A DNA stretch of 64,000 bases. Source: Nitrospinaceae bacterium (GTDB lineage: Bacteria; Nitrospinota; Nitrospinia; Nitrospinales; Nitrospinaceae). The position numbers and the translations under genes were made by a program. Within the stretch, counting starts at the first letter, position 1, and each line of letters opens with the position of its first letter. Shown one piece after another: positions 51,401 through 59,716 of the stretch. Below the pieces are notes generated by a model that saw only the letters and a program-made list of their open reading frames with translations, had not been told where the DNA came from and searched no databases. Where the stretch lies: assembly GCA_965223665.1 (NCBI GenBank), contig OZ245011.1:1280001-1344000 (forward strand). The letters are read 5' to 3'.

Positions 51401-51917
51401 CTTTGCCCATAATCTCGGAGTATTGTTGAGCTACTTTTAGAGCACGTGGAATATTTTCTTTTCCCACATTGTGAGCTAATTCTCCACGGTTACAGCAACT
51501 CAATGCTATTAGCCCCTTTGAATGCTCCGCTAACAAATCCTTGTCGATCCGGGGCTTATAATAAAATCCTTCTAAATAACCTTTGGTGACTAATGTTAAA
51601 AGATTTCTATAACCATCCTCATTTTTGGCCAGCAATATTAAGTGGTAAGAAGCATCTCTTAATCCATGGTTCGTGTCTTTTTGTAATCGGCTTTCCGGAG
51701 CAACATACACTTCACAGCCTATTATGGGTTTCAGACCATGTTTTTTTGCTCCAGTAAAAAATTCAATTGCACCAAATAGGTTTCCATGGTCAGTCATTGC
51801 TACCGCTGGCATTTTATATTCGGCCGCACGCTTAAATAAGGCTTCATGCCGGAGTGAGGAATCCAGCAAACTAAAATGTGTATGAACGTGTAAATGGACG
51901 AAATCAGAATGTCGCAT
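48450..51917 (-). CDS. dnaE: DNA polymerase III alpha subunit
   Basis: PHP HLHVHT.FSLLD, GPGRGSAAGS, PDIDIDF, KMDFLGL, YGFNKSH; OB fold; no intein evident. Confidence 0.98.
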   Translation of the reverse strand: MRHSDFVHLHVHTHFSLLDSSLRHEALFKRAAEYKMPAVAMTDHGNLFGAIEFFTGAKKHGLKPIIGCEVYVAPESRLQKDTNHGLRDASYHLILLAKNEDGYRNLLTLVTKGYLEGFYYKPRIDKDLLAEHSKGLIALSCCNRGELAHNVGKENIPRALKVAQQYSEIMGKGNYYLELQDHNQDWQKKINQEVIEIGKKLDLPVVATNNCHYLNKEDFRAHEILLCLQTGKTMDDPYRMKYHSDEYYFKSPEEMSHLFRHVPEAIKNTIKIAEQCNLEMDFEKINLPEYPVPESFTLSTYLEDRSKAGLQDRFEEFEKLGKEVDQALYKERLNEELQIMKKMGYPGYFLIVWDFIHYAREQNIPVGPGRGSAAGSLVAYALKITDLDPIQYGLIFERFLNPERVSMPDIDIDFCIEGRDEVIKHVSEKYGGNEFVSQIITFGSMNAKGVIRDVGRVLGMSYGEVDKIAKLVPNRLNITLKDALKEEPRFKELKKQNENVSELMEIALNLEGLPRHCSTHAAGVVISPKPLTEFLPLYKGGNDEIVTQFSMNHIEKLGLLKMDFLGLRTLTVIHNTLKLIKSSLGENLNINAIPKDDAATFKLLSEAKTRGVFQLESSGMRDLLKKMKPDSFEDIIALLALFRPGPLESGMIDDYVKRKHGTMEESYDLPQLKEILQETHGVILYQEQVMKIANVLAGFTLGDADLLRRAMGKKKPEEMAQQREKFNVGAKHNKIPEKKAEKIFNLMEKFAGYGFNKSHSAAYALISYQTAYLKTHYPLPFFGALITSEMDNSDKVIRYINDCREMGITIMPPDVNVSERDFSISEDKLVFGLGAIKNVGFSAVDSIIETRNSLNGFSSLKQFCEHVDLRLVNKRVIESLVKSGACDSFGDNRAWMIENLQGFIDQGQARQRDQQLGQSSMFDLFEKDAMDDNGSQNFKDVKEWSDYDRLRFEKETIGFYVSGHPLRRYEKDIIWFTDKNSAGISEEDNGKNVNMAGVPIKVITKITRKGDKMALVTLEDLQGTMEVTLWPEIYQSCMGLLEKEEPILVKGTVDSVDSVPKLIAKEIFPLAEAKDHWKGKIHINIRTPGLERETMLSIKSILESHKGENSLLVHFVFPERKNKIRTLEASLKVKPCDEVIQQIEALLGEDSIHFE

Positions 51918-51997
51918 GGTGTGTAGCTTAAAAGTTGGTTAGGCCCTAATCATACATGAGACCTAAAGGAAGAAAAAAACATTTTTTAAAACTTAGA

Positions 51998-53110
51998 TTA
52001 TTTTATGGCTTGATCGACAGGAACATATTTTTTTCCAAGGGCTTCCGCAACAGCAGGATGAGTTACTTTTCCTAAATAAAGATTCAAACCATAACGAAGA
52101 GGAATATTATCTTCAAGTGCTTTTTTTAACCCCTTTGCCGCTAATTCACGAGCATAAGGCAAAGTTGCGTTGGTTAACGCATAGGTTGAAGTTCTCGCTA
52201 GTGCTCCTGGCATATTTGCCACACAATAATGAATAACTCCCTCTTCCTCAAAAATGGGATCACTATGAGTTGTTGGACGGGACGTTTCTAAAATACCCCC
52301 TTGATCAATTCCAACATCTACCACTACCGATCCTGGCATCATTTGCTTAAGCATTTTTCGAGTGATTAGTTTTGGAGCACGTGCACCTGTCAAAAGAACC
52401 GCTCCAATTACAATATCAGCAGTCTTTACATAATCCAATATGTTTAACCTATTAGACATGATAGTAACCACCCGCCCATTAAAAATATCATCAATATAAC
52501 GTAATCGATCCAAATTGATATCCAGCAAGGTGACTTTGGCACCTGTACCCACGGCCATTTTAGCGGCATTCATTCCAACAATACCGCCCCCTATAATTAC
52601 CACATGGCCCGGGTCCACTCCCGGAACACCCCCCAGCAAAATACCGCGGCCTCCATTCTCCCTTTCAAGATATTTCGCTCCCTCATTCACAGACATTCGC
52701 CCGGCAACTTCACTCATAGGAATTAATAAAGGCAAAGCTCCATCGTCTGTTTCAACTGTTTCATAGGCAACACCAGCAACTTTTCTCTCTAATAACGAAT
52801 CAGCAAGGTCAGGGGCCGGCGCAAGGTGAAGATAAGTATATAAAATTTGGCCTTCTTGTAATTTATCAAATTCCTCGGGGAGAGGTTCTTTTACTTTAAT
52901 GATCATTCCACTTTTATCGAAAACCTCATTACAGGACACAATTTTTGCACCCGCCTGCTCGAATTGCTCATCCTGTATACCACTTCCCACACCTGAAGAA
53001 TTTTCAATTAAAACCGTGTGGCCATCTGCGACCAGTTCTGCTACCCCTGCAGGTGTTATGGATACGCGATATTCATCTGCTTTAACTTCTTTGGGAATTC
53101 CAATAATCAT
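51998..53110 (-). CDS. ald: Alanine dehydrogenase
   Basis: IGIPKE.K..E.RV, KVKEP, YLHLA, MSEVAGR, DQGG, HYCVANMPG. Confidence 0.96.
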   Translation of the reverse strand: MIIGIPKEVKADEYRVSITPAGVAELVADGHTVLIENSSGVGSGIQDEQFEQAGAKIVSCNEVFDKSGMIIKVKEPLPEEFDKLQEGQILYTYLHLAPAPDLADSLLERKVAGVAYETVETDDGALPLLIPMSEVAGRMSVNEGAKYLERENGGRGILLGGVPGVDPGHVVIIGGGIVGMNAAKMAVGTGAKVTLLDINLDRLRYIDDIFNGRVVTIMSNRLNILDYVKTADIVIGAVLLTGARAPKLITRKMLKQMMPGSVVVDVGIDQGGILETSRPTTHSDPIFEEEGVIHYCVANMPGALARTSTYALTNATLPYARELAAKGLKKALEDNIPLRYGLNLYLGKVTHPAVAEALGKKYVPVDQAIK

Positions 53111-53227
53111 ATTTATTTTTCCTTTTCCAAACGAAACCTCTGATTTGATCTTTATATTAAAATCCTATAGATTATAAGACCATAATACTAGAAATAATAC
53201 GTCAATTTATTTTAGCGAGGAATTTCA

Positions 53228-54031
53228 TTGACCAAGGCCACACACCCTACAAATGAACTCTTTAATTCTCAGTTTTCTCAAGAAAGTCATTTACTGGATC
53301 TGGAGGATAAAAACATCGGAATCGAGGAGTTGAAAATGCTGCAAAACTGGGAAGACCTCTTAAAAGTAGAAAAACTTTATCTAAGTAACAATCAGCTAGG
53401 TGATTCTGAAATAGAGACCTTGAAAGGATTGCCGGGAAATTTCAAGTCTCTCTATTTAAACCATAATATGCTTGGTGATGCCTCAGCAGAGGCCTTAGCA
53501 AAATCAGAATATTCTAAAAACCTGACTTGTCTAATGTTAGAAGCAAATAATATAGGTCCTAATGGGGCTGAGGCTTTGGCCAGCTCTAAGAATTTCCCTA
53601 ACTTAGAAGAAATATTTTTAGATTTTAACCCCATTGGTCCAGAAGGAACTGAAGCAATCGCCAATTCATCTAACTTTCCAAAACTTAAAGCTCTCCATTT
53701 AGACAGTACTCAACTTGGGGATAAGGGTGTTATTGCCATTGCTAATTCTAAACAGTTGACAGGACTGGAACGCCTTTATCTTTGCTCCAACGGAATTGGT
53801 AACGAAGGGATGAAGGCACTTTGCAATTCTGAAAACTTGAAAACCCTTCGTGTGTTAAGTATTTGGCGAAATGAAATTCGTGATGAAGGTGGTGAAGCCT
53901 TAATGAATTCTCAAACTTTTGGAAATCTAGAACGACTTTATATGAGCTTAAATTTTATTGAACGCCCGGTGAGAAAAAAATTCCGAGGGTCGGACTTAGC
54001 TAAAAAGCTCATCACCCTGGTAATGGATTAG
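53228..54031 (+). CDS. Leucine-rich repeat protein (RI-like, about 28-aa repeats)
   Basis: L..L.L..N.IG..G..ALA.S repeats; TTG start with GAGG RBS. Confidence 0.88.
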   Translation: MTKATHPTNELFNSQFSQESHLLDLEDKNIGIEELKMLQNWEDLLKVEKLYLSNNQLGDSEIETLKGLPGNFKSLYLNHNMLGDASAEALAKSEYSKNLTCLMLEANNIGPNGAEALASSKNFPNLEEIFLDFNPIGPEGTEAIANSSNFPKLKALHLDSTQLGDKGVIAIANSKQLTGLERLYLCSNGIGNEGMKALCNSENLKTLRVLSIWRNEIRDEGGEALMNSQTFGNLERLYMSLNFIERPVRKKFRGSDLAKKLITLVMD

Positions 54032-54040
54032 GAGAATGCA

Positions 54041-54154
54041 ATGAGTTATAAATTTACCTACGGGAAATTTTTTAATATATTCTTTCATATTGGCGTCATC
54101 TTCAATGTCATTTTGGTTATCTGGCTTTATCTTGTATTTTTTGATGTAATCTAA
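54041..54154 (+). CDS. Small single-TM protein (37 aa; not in ORF track)
   Basis: MSYKFTYGKFFNIFFHIGVIFNVILVIWLYLVFFDVI; AGGAGA RBS overlapping the LRR stop; fills the gap exactly. Confidence 0.65.
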   Translation: MSYKFTYGKFFNIFFHIGVIFNVILVIWLYLVFFDVI

Positions 54155-54164
54155 TTTATGGCAA

Positions 54165-54848
54165 ATGACTTTTTCTCTAGATGATATTGTTCCCTGGGGC
54201 AGATCATTTGAAGAATATACTTCCATGTTCGCACTTTCAGAATCAGATCTAAAAAAATCTATCCTTGGATGTGGTGATGGTCCCGCGAGTTTTAACAGCA
54301 TTCTTTCCAAACAAAATGGAAATATCATTTCAGTAGATCCCCTTTACCAGTTTTCCCCGAACGAAATCAAAATACGTATCGATAAAGCTGTTCCCAAAGT
54401 TATAGAAAGCGCACATCAAAATAAGGATAATTTCCATTGGGATCAAATACCATCGCCTGAGAAGCTGGGGGAAATTAGAATGCAATCCATGAACCAATTC
54501 TTATCAGACTATCCAAAGGGAATTGAGGAAGGACGATACGTCAAAGCAAGTTTGCCAAACTTACCTTTCAATAATCAGAGATTTGAATTAGCCCTTTGCT
54601 CACATTTGCTTTTTCTTTACAGCAACAATTTAACCTACCAATTTCATTTGAATTCGATTGAGGAACTGTGCCGAGTGGCTCAAGAAATAAGAATTTTCCC
54701 ACTATTAGAACTTGATGGAAAAAGGTCACGTCACATAGATTCAATTTTATCTGAACTAAGAAATTTAGGAAAAACTTTTGAAGTTCAAAAAGTAAATTAC
54801 GAATTTCAAAAAAACGGAAACGAAATGCTTAAAATCACATCTCACTAA
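54165..54848 (+). CDS. SAM-dependent methyltransferase-like protein
   Basis: WGRSFEEY..MF, ILGCGDGPASF, VDPLY, LPF...FELALCSH. Confidence 0.78.
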   Translation: MTFSLDDIVPWGRSFEEYTSMFALSESDLKKSILGCGDGPASFNSILSKQNGNIISVDPLYQFSPNEIKIRIDKAVPKVIESAHQNKDNFHWDQIPSPEKLGEIRMQSMNQFLSDYPKGIEEGRYVKASLPNLPFNNQRFELALCSHLLFLYSNNLTYQFHLNSIEELCRVAQEIRIFPLLELDGKRSRHIDSILSELRNLGKTFEVQKVNYEFQKNGNEMLKITSH

Positions 54849-54874
54849 AAACTATTTTTCGTTAGTTTTTTTAC

Positions 54875-55183
54875 TTACTCAAATTCCGCATCAGGCCAAA
54901 GAGATTTAATCTCCTCATTTTGATGAGTTGCAGAGAAACACTCCCAGATGAGCCCGTTCACATCCTTTTCCTGACTAAAGCTAGCGGCTTCATCATTTTC
55001 AAATCCAAAATGGCGAAGCTCGACCTTGTCACTTTTCCGTATTGAAAAATTAATTTCAGGAATACGCCAAAGAGCATAAATTCCAGGCACCAACACACAA
55101 GGATTACTATTCAGGCGTCGTCCGTAATCTTCAACCGTTTTTTCAAATTCAATTACACTCAAGGCAATATGAAATTTTTTCAT
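54875..55183 (-). CDS. VOC/glyoxalase-like small protein
   Basis: FHIALSV, LRHFGFE, D.NGLIWE. Confidence 0.6.
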   Translation of the reverse strand: MKKFHIALSVIEFEKTVEDYGRRLNSNPCVLVPGIYALWRIPEINFSIRKSDKVELRHFGFENDEAASFSQEKDVNGLIWECFSATHQNEEIKSLWPDAEFE

Positions 55184-55253
55184 CCAAATTATCCATTTTA
55201 ATTAAGTGTTTCGAGAAAAAATTGACTATGCATCCTAACATATTCGATTAAAA

Positions 55254-55289
55254 TTTTGACGTTTGAGAATTCATTCTCAAACATCAAAA
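55254..55289 (-). terminator. Hairpin, probable terminator after the di-heme peroxidase
   Basis: TTTTGACGTTTGAGAAT-TC-ATTCTCAAACATCAAAA; G-U compatible on the minus strand, followed by a U-run. Confidence 0.55.
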
Positions 55290-55318
55290 TAATATTAAAC
55301 TCTTTTTAATGATCCATG

Positions 55319-57070
55319 TTACTCATAATCTTCATTAAGCGCCTCAAGAAATTTAACCAAAGGAATAACATCTTGCTCTCTAAGGCGAATACCCTTAAGT
55401 TCCTTAGCTCCATTTCTTAAAGCACCTCTACGAGCCAATTGAGAGGAGTCAATATAGAAGCGAATTACATCTTCTAAAGTATCTTCCTGCCCAGTATGCA
55501 TGAAAGGAGCAGAATGCCCTAAATCACGAAGCCCGGGAGTTTTGAACAAAGCAATGGTCTTAGGTAGTAATCTTTTGAAACGACATTTTTGAAATGCTCG
55601 AATGAATTTGCGAGGGGTTTGGATTAGCAAAAACAAGTTTGGCTCAGTTCCCAATTCCTTTTCACACAACAAATTGAAAATACGCACTTGTGGTTTAGGA
55701 AAATCCGGATTAGCAAATACATTCCATAAACCTAAATCGATATGCTTATTATCAGTAGAGGGTATACTTTTAAATTTTCCGGAAGCATTTGGATGCTTAG
55801 GGGTTGGAGGTAAATACCTGTTTGGATGTTTCAACCTCTTATTCAATCCAGGAACCCACAACTTTCTAAAGGATCCATTACCATGAATTCCATCGAATTC
55901 TTTTTGTGTTGACCCAGTATTGTGAAAGTTAAAGTCCGTAAAATTTGGAGCCGCATGACAGGAAACACAATTCCCGGCACCTGAGGAATGGTGGTTGCGG
56001 TTTTTTTCATTAAAAAATAATTTCAACCCTCTTAACTCTTCGGGTCCAAAAACATAATCTTGTTCATGAAATGCAAAAATCCCGTTTTCAGGGTCCTGAA
56101 CATACTTTATTTCTGAAAGATTTTTAATTTCTGTTAATAATCGACGACTGTATTCCAGGTCAGACTCACCTTCTTTTGGATTTCGATCCAATCCATTCAA
56201 TTGCAAAAAAACATCATACGGAGAAAGGTTAAATTCCCCATTGTCATCCTGGCTGAACATCAAATCAGTCACGTAGGCTGCGATAATTTTAGCCACTAAA
56301 TTTAAGATATCCTCATCCGTAGTGGCTGGATCTTCAACGTCAATCTGCAGTTCAACAGGTAAAACAAGATCCTCAATTAAGTCTCCATTTTCGTCCCGAG
56401 GATTTCCTTTCAACACTTCTTTGTAGGCCCCACCAAATTCTTTAGCTAAATCGGCCATTCCGGCATCGTTACGAATGATATGGGCTACATGTTGAATCGC
56501 TGTTTTAAATTCATTTGATAACCATCCATAGTTTCTTCCTGTAAGGGTTGCTATTACGAGATCTTCCATGGTTAAAAATTCTGCATCAAAATGAAATAAA
56601 ACTCCATTGGGTCTGGGTAAGGATGCATTGACTAATGGAGGAGAGTTTCTGGGTGCATGGGTGGCCCCATCTCCACCGAAATCTTTCGGTCTGGCAGGGA
56701 CGGGGCTCCTTCTGGCAAAATCGGTATAGGTCCGCATCCCTCCACCGGGAGCATCCAAGTGCTCATCAACAAAATGACAACCGCGACAATTCATAGACTG
56801 GCCTGCAAAAGGACCTGGCAACGGCTCCCCCAATGTTTCAGTTCCGCCCATTACAGGATCGCCCTTGTCTAAATTATGGTTGGCATCTCCTTTTGACATC
56901 TCAAAGAAAAACTGTGCAAATCTTGTTTCCAAGAACAATCTTTCCCCAATTGCGATTTCGGGTGGGTCACTTTCCTCTTCTTGGGCTAAACTTTTTGAAA
57001 TTAGTAAACTTTGAGTTCCTATTATCACAAGGCTAATAAAAACAATTGACTTGATGACTTTTGTCCGCAT
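55319..57070 (-). CDS. Periplasmic di-heme cytochrome c peroxidase / MauG-family protein
   Basis: Signal peptide; GERLF.E, CRGCH, RNSPPL, G..LF, CVSCH, F.F.NTG, FKTPGLR.L..SAPFMH.G; ATG 57070 has GGAGG RBS. Confidence 0.85.
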   Translation of the reverse strand: MRTKVIKSIVFISLVIIGTQSLLISKSLAQEEESDPPEIAIGERLFLETRFAQFFFEMSKGDANHNLDKGDPVMGGTETLGEPLPGPFAGQSMNCRGCHFVDEHLDAPGGGMRTYTDFARRSPVPARPKDFGGDGATHAPRNSPPLVNASLPRPNGVLFHFDAEFLTMEDLVIATLTGRNYGWLSNEFKTAIQHVAHIIRNDAGMADLAKEFGGAYKEVLKGNPRDENGDLIEDLVLPVELQIDVEDPATTDEDILNLVAKIIAAYVTDLMFSQDDNGEFNLSPYDVFLQLNGLDRNPKEGESDLEYSRRLLTEIKNLSEIKYVQDPENGIFAFHEQDYVFGPEELRGLKLFFNEKNRNHHSSGAGNCVSCHAAPNFTDFNFHNTGSTQKEFDGIHGNGSFRKLWVPGLNKRLKHPNRYLPPTPKHPNASGKFKSIPSTDNKHIDLGLWNVFANPDFPKPQVRIFNLLCEKELGTEPNLFLLIQTPRKFIRAFQKCRFKRLLPKTIALFKTPGLRDLGHSAPFMHTGQEDTLEDVIRFYIDSSQLARRGALRNGAKELKGIRLREQDVIPLVKFLEALNEDYE

Positions 57071-57107
57071 CGTAATTCCTCCCGGCAAAAAACTTACAAA
57101 GCTAATT

Positions 57108-57130
57108 GAAAATGATAATGATTATCATTT
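57108..57130. promoter_or_regulatory. Fur-family box
   Basis: Perfect palindrome AAATGATAAT-G-ATTATCATTT (57110-57130); GAAAATGATAATGATTATC matches 17/19 of the E. coli Fur consensus; minus-strand TTGACA at 57154-57149. Confidence 0.85.
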
Positions 57131-57375
57131 ATATCAAAGGGGTAGTTTTGTCAACACAAAATTCACTTCAAAACCAAAAACTTTATCACTTGAGACATCA
57201 AACTATGGGTTGCCGGATGAAAACTCTTATGAGACTCTTCTAATAGACCAAGGCCTGCATTTTTCAAACTTGCAATAAAATATGGGGAAATTATTTTTTC
57301 CATGATTCATTCATATATTAAGTAATTGAGATAACAAATATGACCAAATCACCTAATTTTAGGGAGGAAGATAAA

Positions 57376-57900
57376 ATGACCACCTTAAGAATTATTTTCT
57401 TAGTTATGATTTTCACACTTGTTATAAACCCCTTTTTATATGCTGAGGAATTTAAACCTTATGTAGGTTCTAAAGAATTTGAACAACTTAAAAAATTAAG
57501 TGGCCAATGGTCGGGTACTATAGATATGGGCAAGGGTCCAGAGAAAATTAAAGCGAGTTATAAAATCACATCAGGTGGTAGTGCTCTTGTTGAAACCATT
57601 TTTGAAGGGATGCCTCATGAAATGGTCACCATTTACCATGATGACAGTAATCGCAAATTAAATATGACCCACTATTGCATGCTTAATAATCAACCTAAAA
57701 TGACTCTAGCTTCCTCGGACAGTAATTCCTTTCAATTCTACTTGGCTGACGATTCAACTATTCAAGCTGCTCATGAAGACCATATGCATTCCGCCTTGAT
57801 AAAGATCGAAGGCAAAAAAAAAATGACTCAGCATTGGACTGAGTATGATAAAGGGAAAAAAAAGAAAGTCGTGAAGATTGTTTTCAACAGAGTAAAATAG
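57376..57900 (+). CDS. Exported hypothetical protein with THYC motif
   Basis: GGAGG RBS; signal peptide; HEMVTIYH, MTHYCMLNNQP, HEDHMH. Confidence 0.75.
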   Translation: MTTLRIIFLVMIFTLVINPFLYAEEFKPYVGSKEFEQLKKLSGQWSGTIDMGKGPEKIKASYKITSGGSALVETIFEGMPHEMVTIYHDDSNRKLNMTHYCMLNNQPKMTLASSDSNSFQFYLADDSTIQAAHEDHMHSALIKIEGKKKMTQHWTEYDKGKKKKVVKIVFNRVK

Positions 57901-58060
57901 GGTCTTAAAAGTAAATTTTGTTCTTCCTTGCTAACCTTTGGTCTTTTTAACTTTTTTATTCACAATTTTTGTAATTTAAGAGTCCGTCTTAAGACTAAGA
58001 CAATACTTGTTATTTTTTTTCAACCACTCGATACACTTAGTCTTTGGCAAAGGAAAAAAA

Positions 58061-59716
58061 ATGACTTTAAAGTCAATGAAAGCATCCGATTTATTAGTAA
58101 AGGCTCTAGAACAAGAGGGCGTTGAGTATATCTTTGGAGTTCCGGGTGAGGAAAATTTAGATTTATTGGATTCCATCCGACAATCCAGGAAAATAAAGTT
58201 AATTGTCACTCGCCATGAACAAGGAGCCGCATTCATGGCTTCCACCTATGGAAGACTGACGGGGCGAGCTGGGGTTTGCATGGCAACACTGGGCCCAGGT
58301 GCTACCAACTTTGTAACTCCAGCAGCATATGCCAATTTAGGCGCAATGCCTTTAATAATGATTACCGGCCAAAAACCTATCAAAAAATCCAAGCAAGGCC
58401 AATTTCAAATTATAGATATTGTGCGATTGATGGAACCCATCACAAAATTTTCCAAACAAATAGTACATGGCAACACAATTCCTGCACTAGTTAGAGAGGC
58501 ATTTCGCATAGCTGAGGAAGAACGTCCGGGGGCAGTCCTTCTTGAGCTACCTGAGGATATCGCCGCCGAAGAAACTCAAACACATATTTTCAAACCCCAT
58601 GAACGTCTTTATGCAGTTGCGGGAGAGGCAATTATTGAGGAAGCTTCCTCCTTAATTAATAAAGCCCAGCACCCACTTCTTTTGATCGGTGCAGGAGCAA
58701 ACCGAAAGGGTGTACGACAAGCATTGTGCGACTTTGTAGGTGAAACAGGAATTCCTTTTTTCACGACACAAATGGGAAAGGGAGTTATTGATGAGCGGCA
58801 TCCTCTATTTTTAGGAACCGCTGCTTTATCGGACAACGACTACATCCATTGCGCGATTGATCGTGCTGATTTGGTTATTAATGTGGGGCACGATGTCGTA
58901 GAAAAACCTCCCTTCTTTATGGAAGATGGGAAAAAGAAAGTAATCCACGTAAATTTCAAATCCGCGGAAGTCGATCAAGTCTATTTTCCTCAAATTGAAG
59001 TTGTAGGAGATATTGCTGAGTCCATTCAACTTCTAGGTAAAAAACTCGGAAAAGTAAATGCCGATTTTTCTTATTTCTTGAGAGTCAAAAATGAAGTGGA
59101 TAAACATTCCACTGAAGGAATTGATGACACACGGTTTCCGTTAATTCCCCAAAGATTAGTGGCAGATGTAAGAACTGCCATGGGAGAAGATGGCATCATT
59201 GCACTGGATAATGGCATGTATAAAATCTGGTTTGCCCGTAACTATAAAGCGTACCATCCTAATACCGTTTTACTTGATAATGCCTTAGCTACCATGGGAG
59301 CAGGACTTCCTTCTGCAATGATGGCCGCAATTCTCAATCCCGATAAGCGTGTCATGGCAATTTGTGGAGATGGTGGTTTTATGATGAATTCACAAGAGCT
59401 TGAAACCGCCGTACGCTTGAAACTCAATTTGGTAGTTGCGGTACTCAACGACAATTCGTATGGAATGATTCGATGGAAACAGGCTCAGGCAGGATTTCCG
59501 GATTGGGGACTGGAATTTAACAATCCAGACTTCGTAAAATACGCAGACAGTTATGGAGCCAAGGGACATCGAGCTAAAAATACAGAGGGATTAGGCCAAC
59601 TCCTTGAATCAGCCTTTAAAGAGGGTGGAGTTCATTTAGTGGAAATTTCTATGGATTATTCAGAAAACACCAAAGTACTCATTGATGAATTAAAACAAAA
59701 AGTATGCTTAATATGA
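58061..59716 (+). CDS. ThDP-dependent acetolactate synthase large-subunit-like enzyme
   Basis: IFGVPGEENL, RHEQGAAFMA, GPGATN, GDGGFMMNSQELET...N..YGMI; no small subunit adjacent. Confidence 0.88.
   Translation: MTLKSMKASDLLVKALEQEGVEYIFGVPGEENLDLLDSIRQSRKIKLIVTRHEQGAAFMASTYGRLTGRAGVCMATLGPGATNFVTPAAYANLGAMPLIMITGQKPIKKSKQGQFQIIDIVRLMEPITKFSKQIVHGNTIPALVREAFRIAEEERPGAVLLELPEDIAAEETQTHIFKPHERLYAVAGEAIIEEASSLINKAQHPLLLIGAGANRKGVRQALCDFVGETGIPFFTTQMGKGVIDERHPLFLGTAALSDNDYIHCAIDRADLVINVGHDVVEKPPFFMEDGKKKVIHVNFKSAEVDQVYFPQIEVVGDIAESIQLLGKKLGKVNADFSYFLRVKNEVDKHSTEGIDDTRFPLIPQRLVADVRTAMGEDGIIALDNGMYKIWFARNYKAYHPNTVLLDNALATMGAGLPSAMMAAILNPDKRVMAICGDGGFMMNSQELETAVRLKLNLVVAVLNDNSYGMIRWKQAQAGFPDWGLEFNNPDFVKYADSYGAKGHRAKNTEGLGQLLESAFKEGGVHLVEISMDYSENTKVLIDELKQKVCLI

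Noticed and set aside
55262-55281. TGAGAAT-TC-ATTCTCA as a second Fur box
   Set aside because: Spacing is 7-2-7 rather than 7-1-7 and it sits within a longer hairpin after a stop codon; better explained as a terminator
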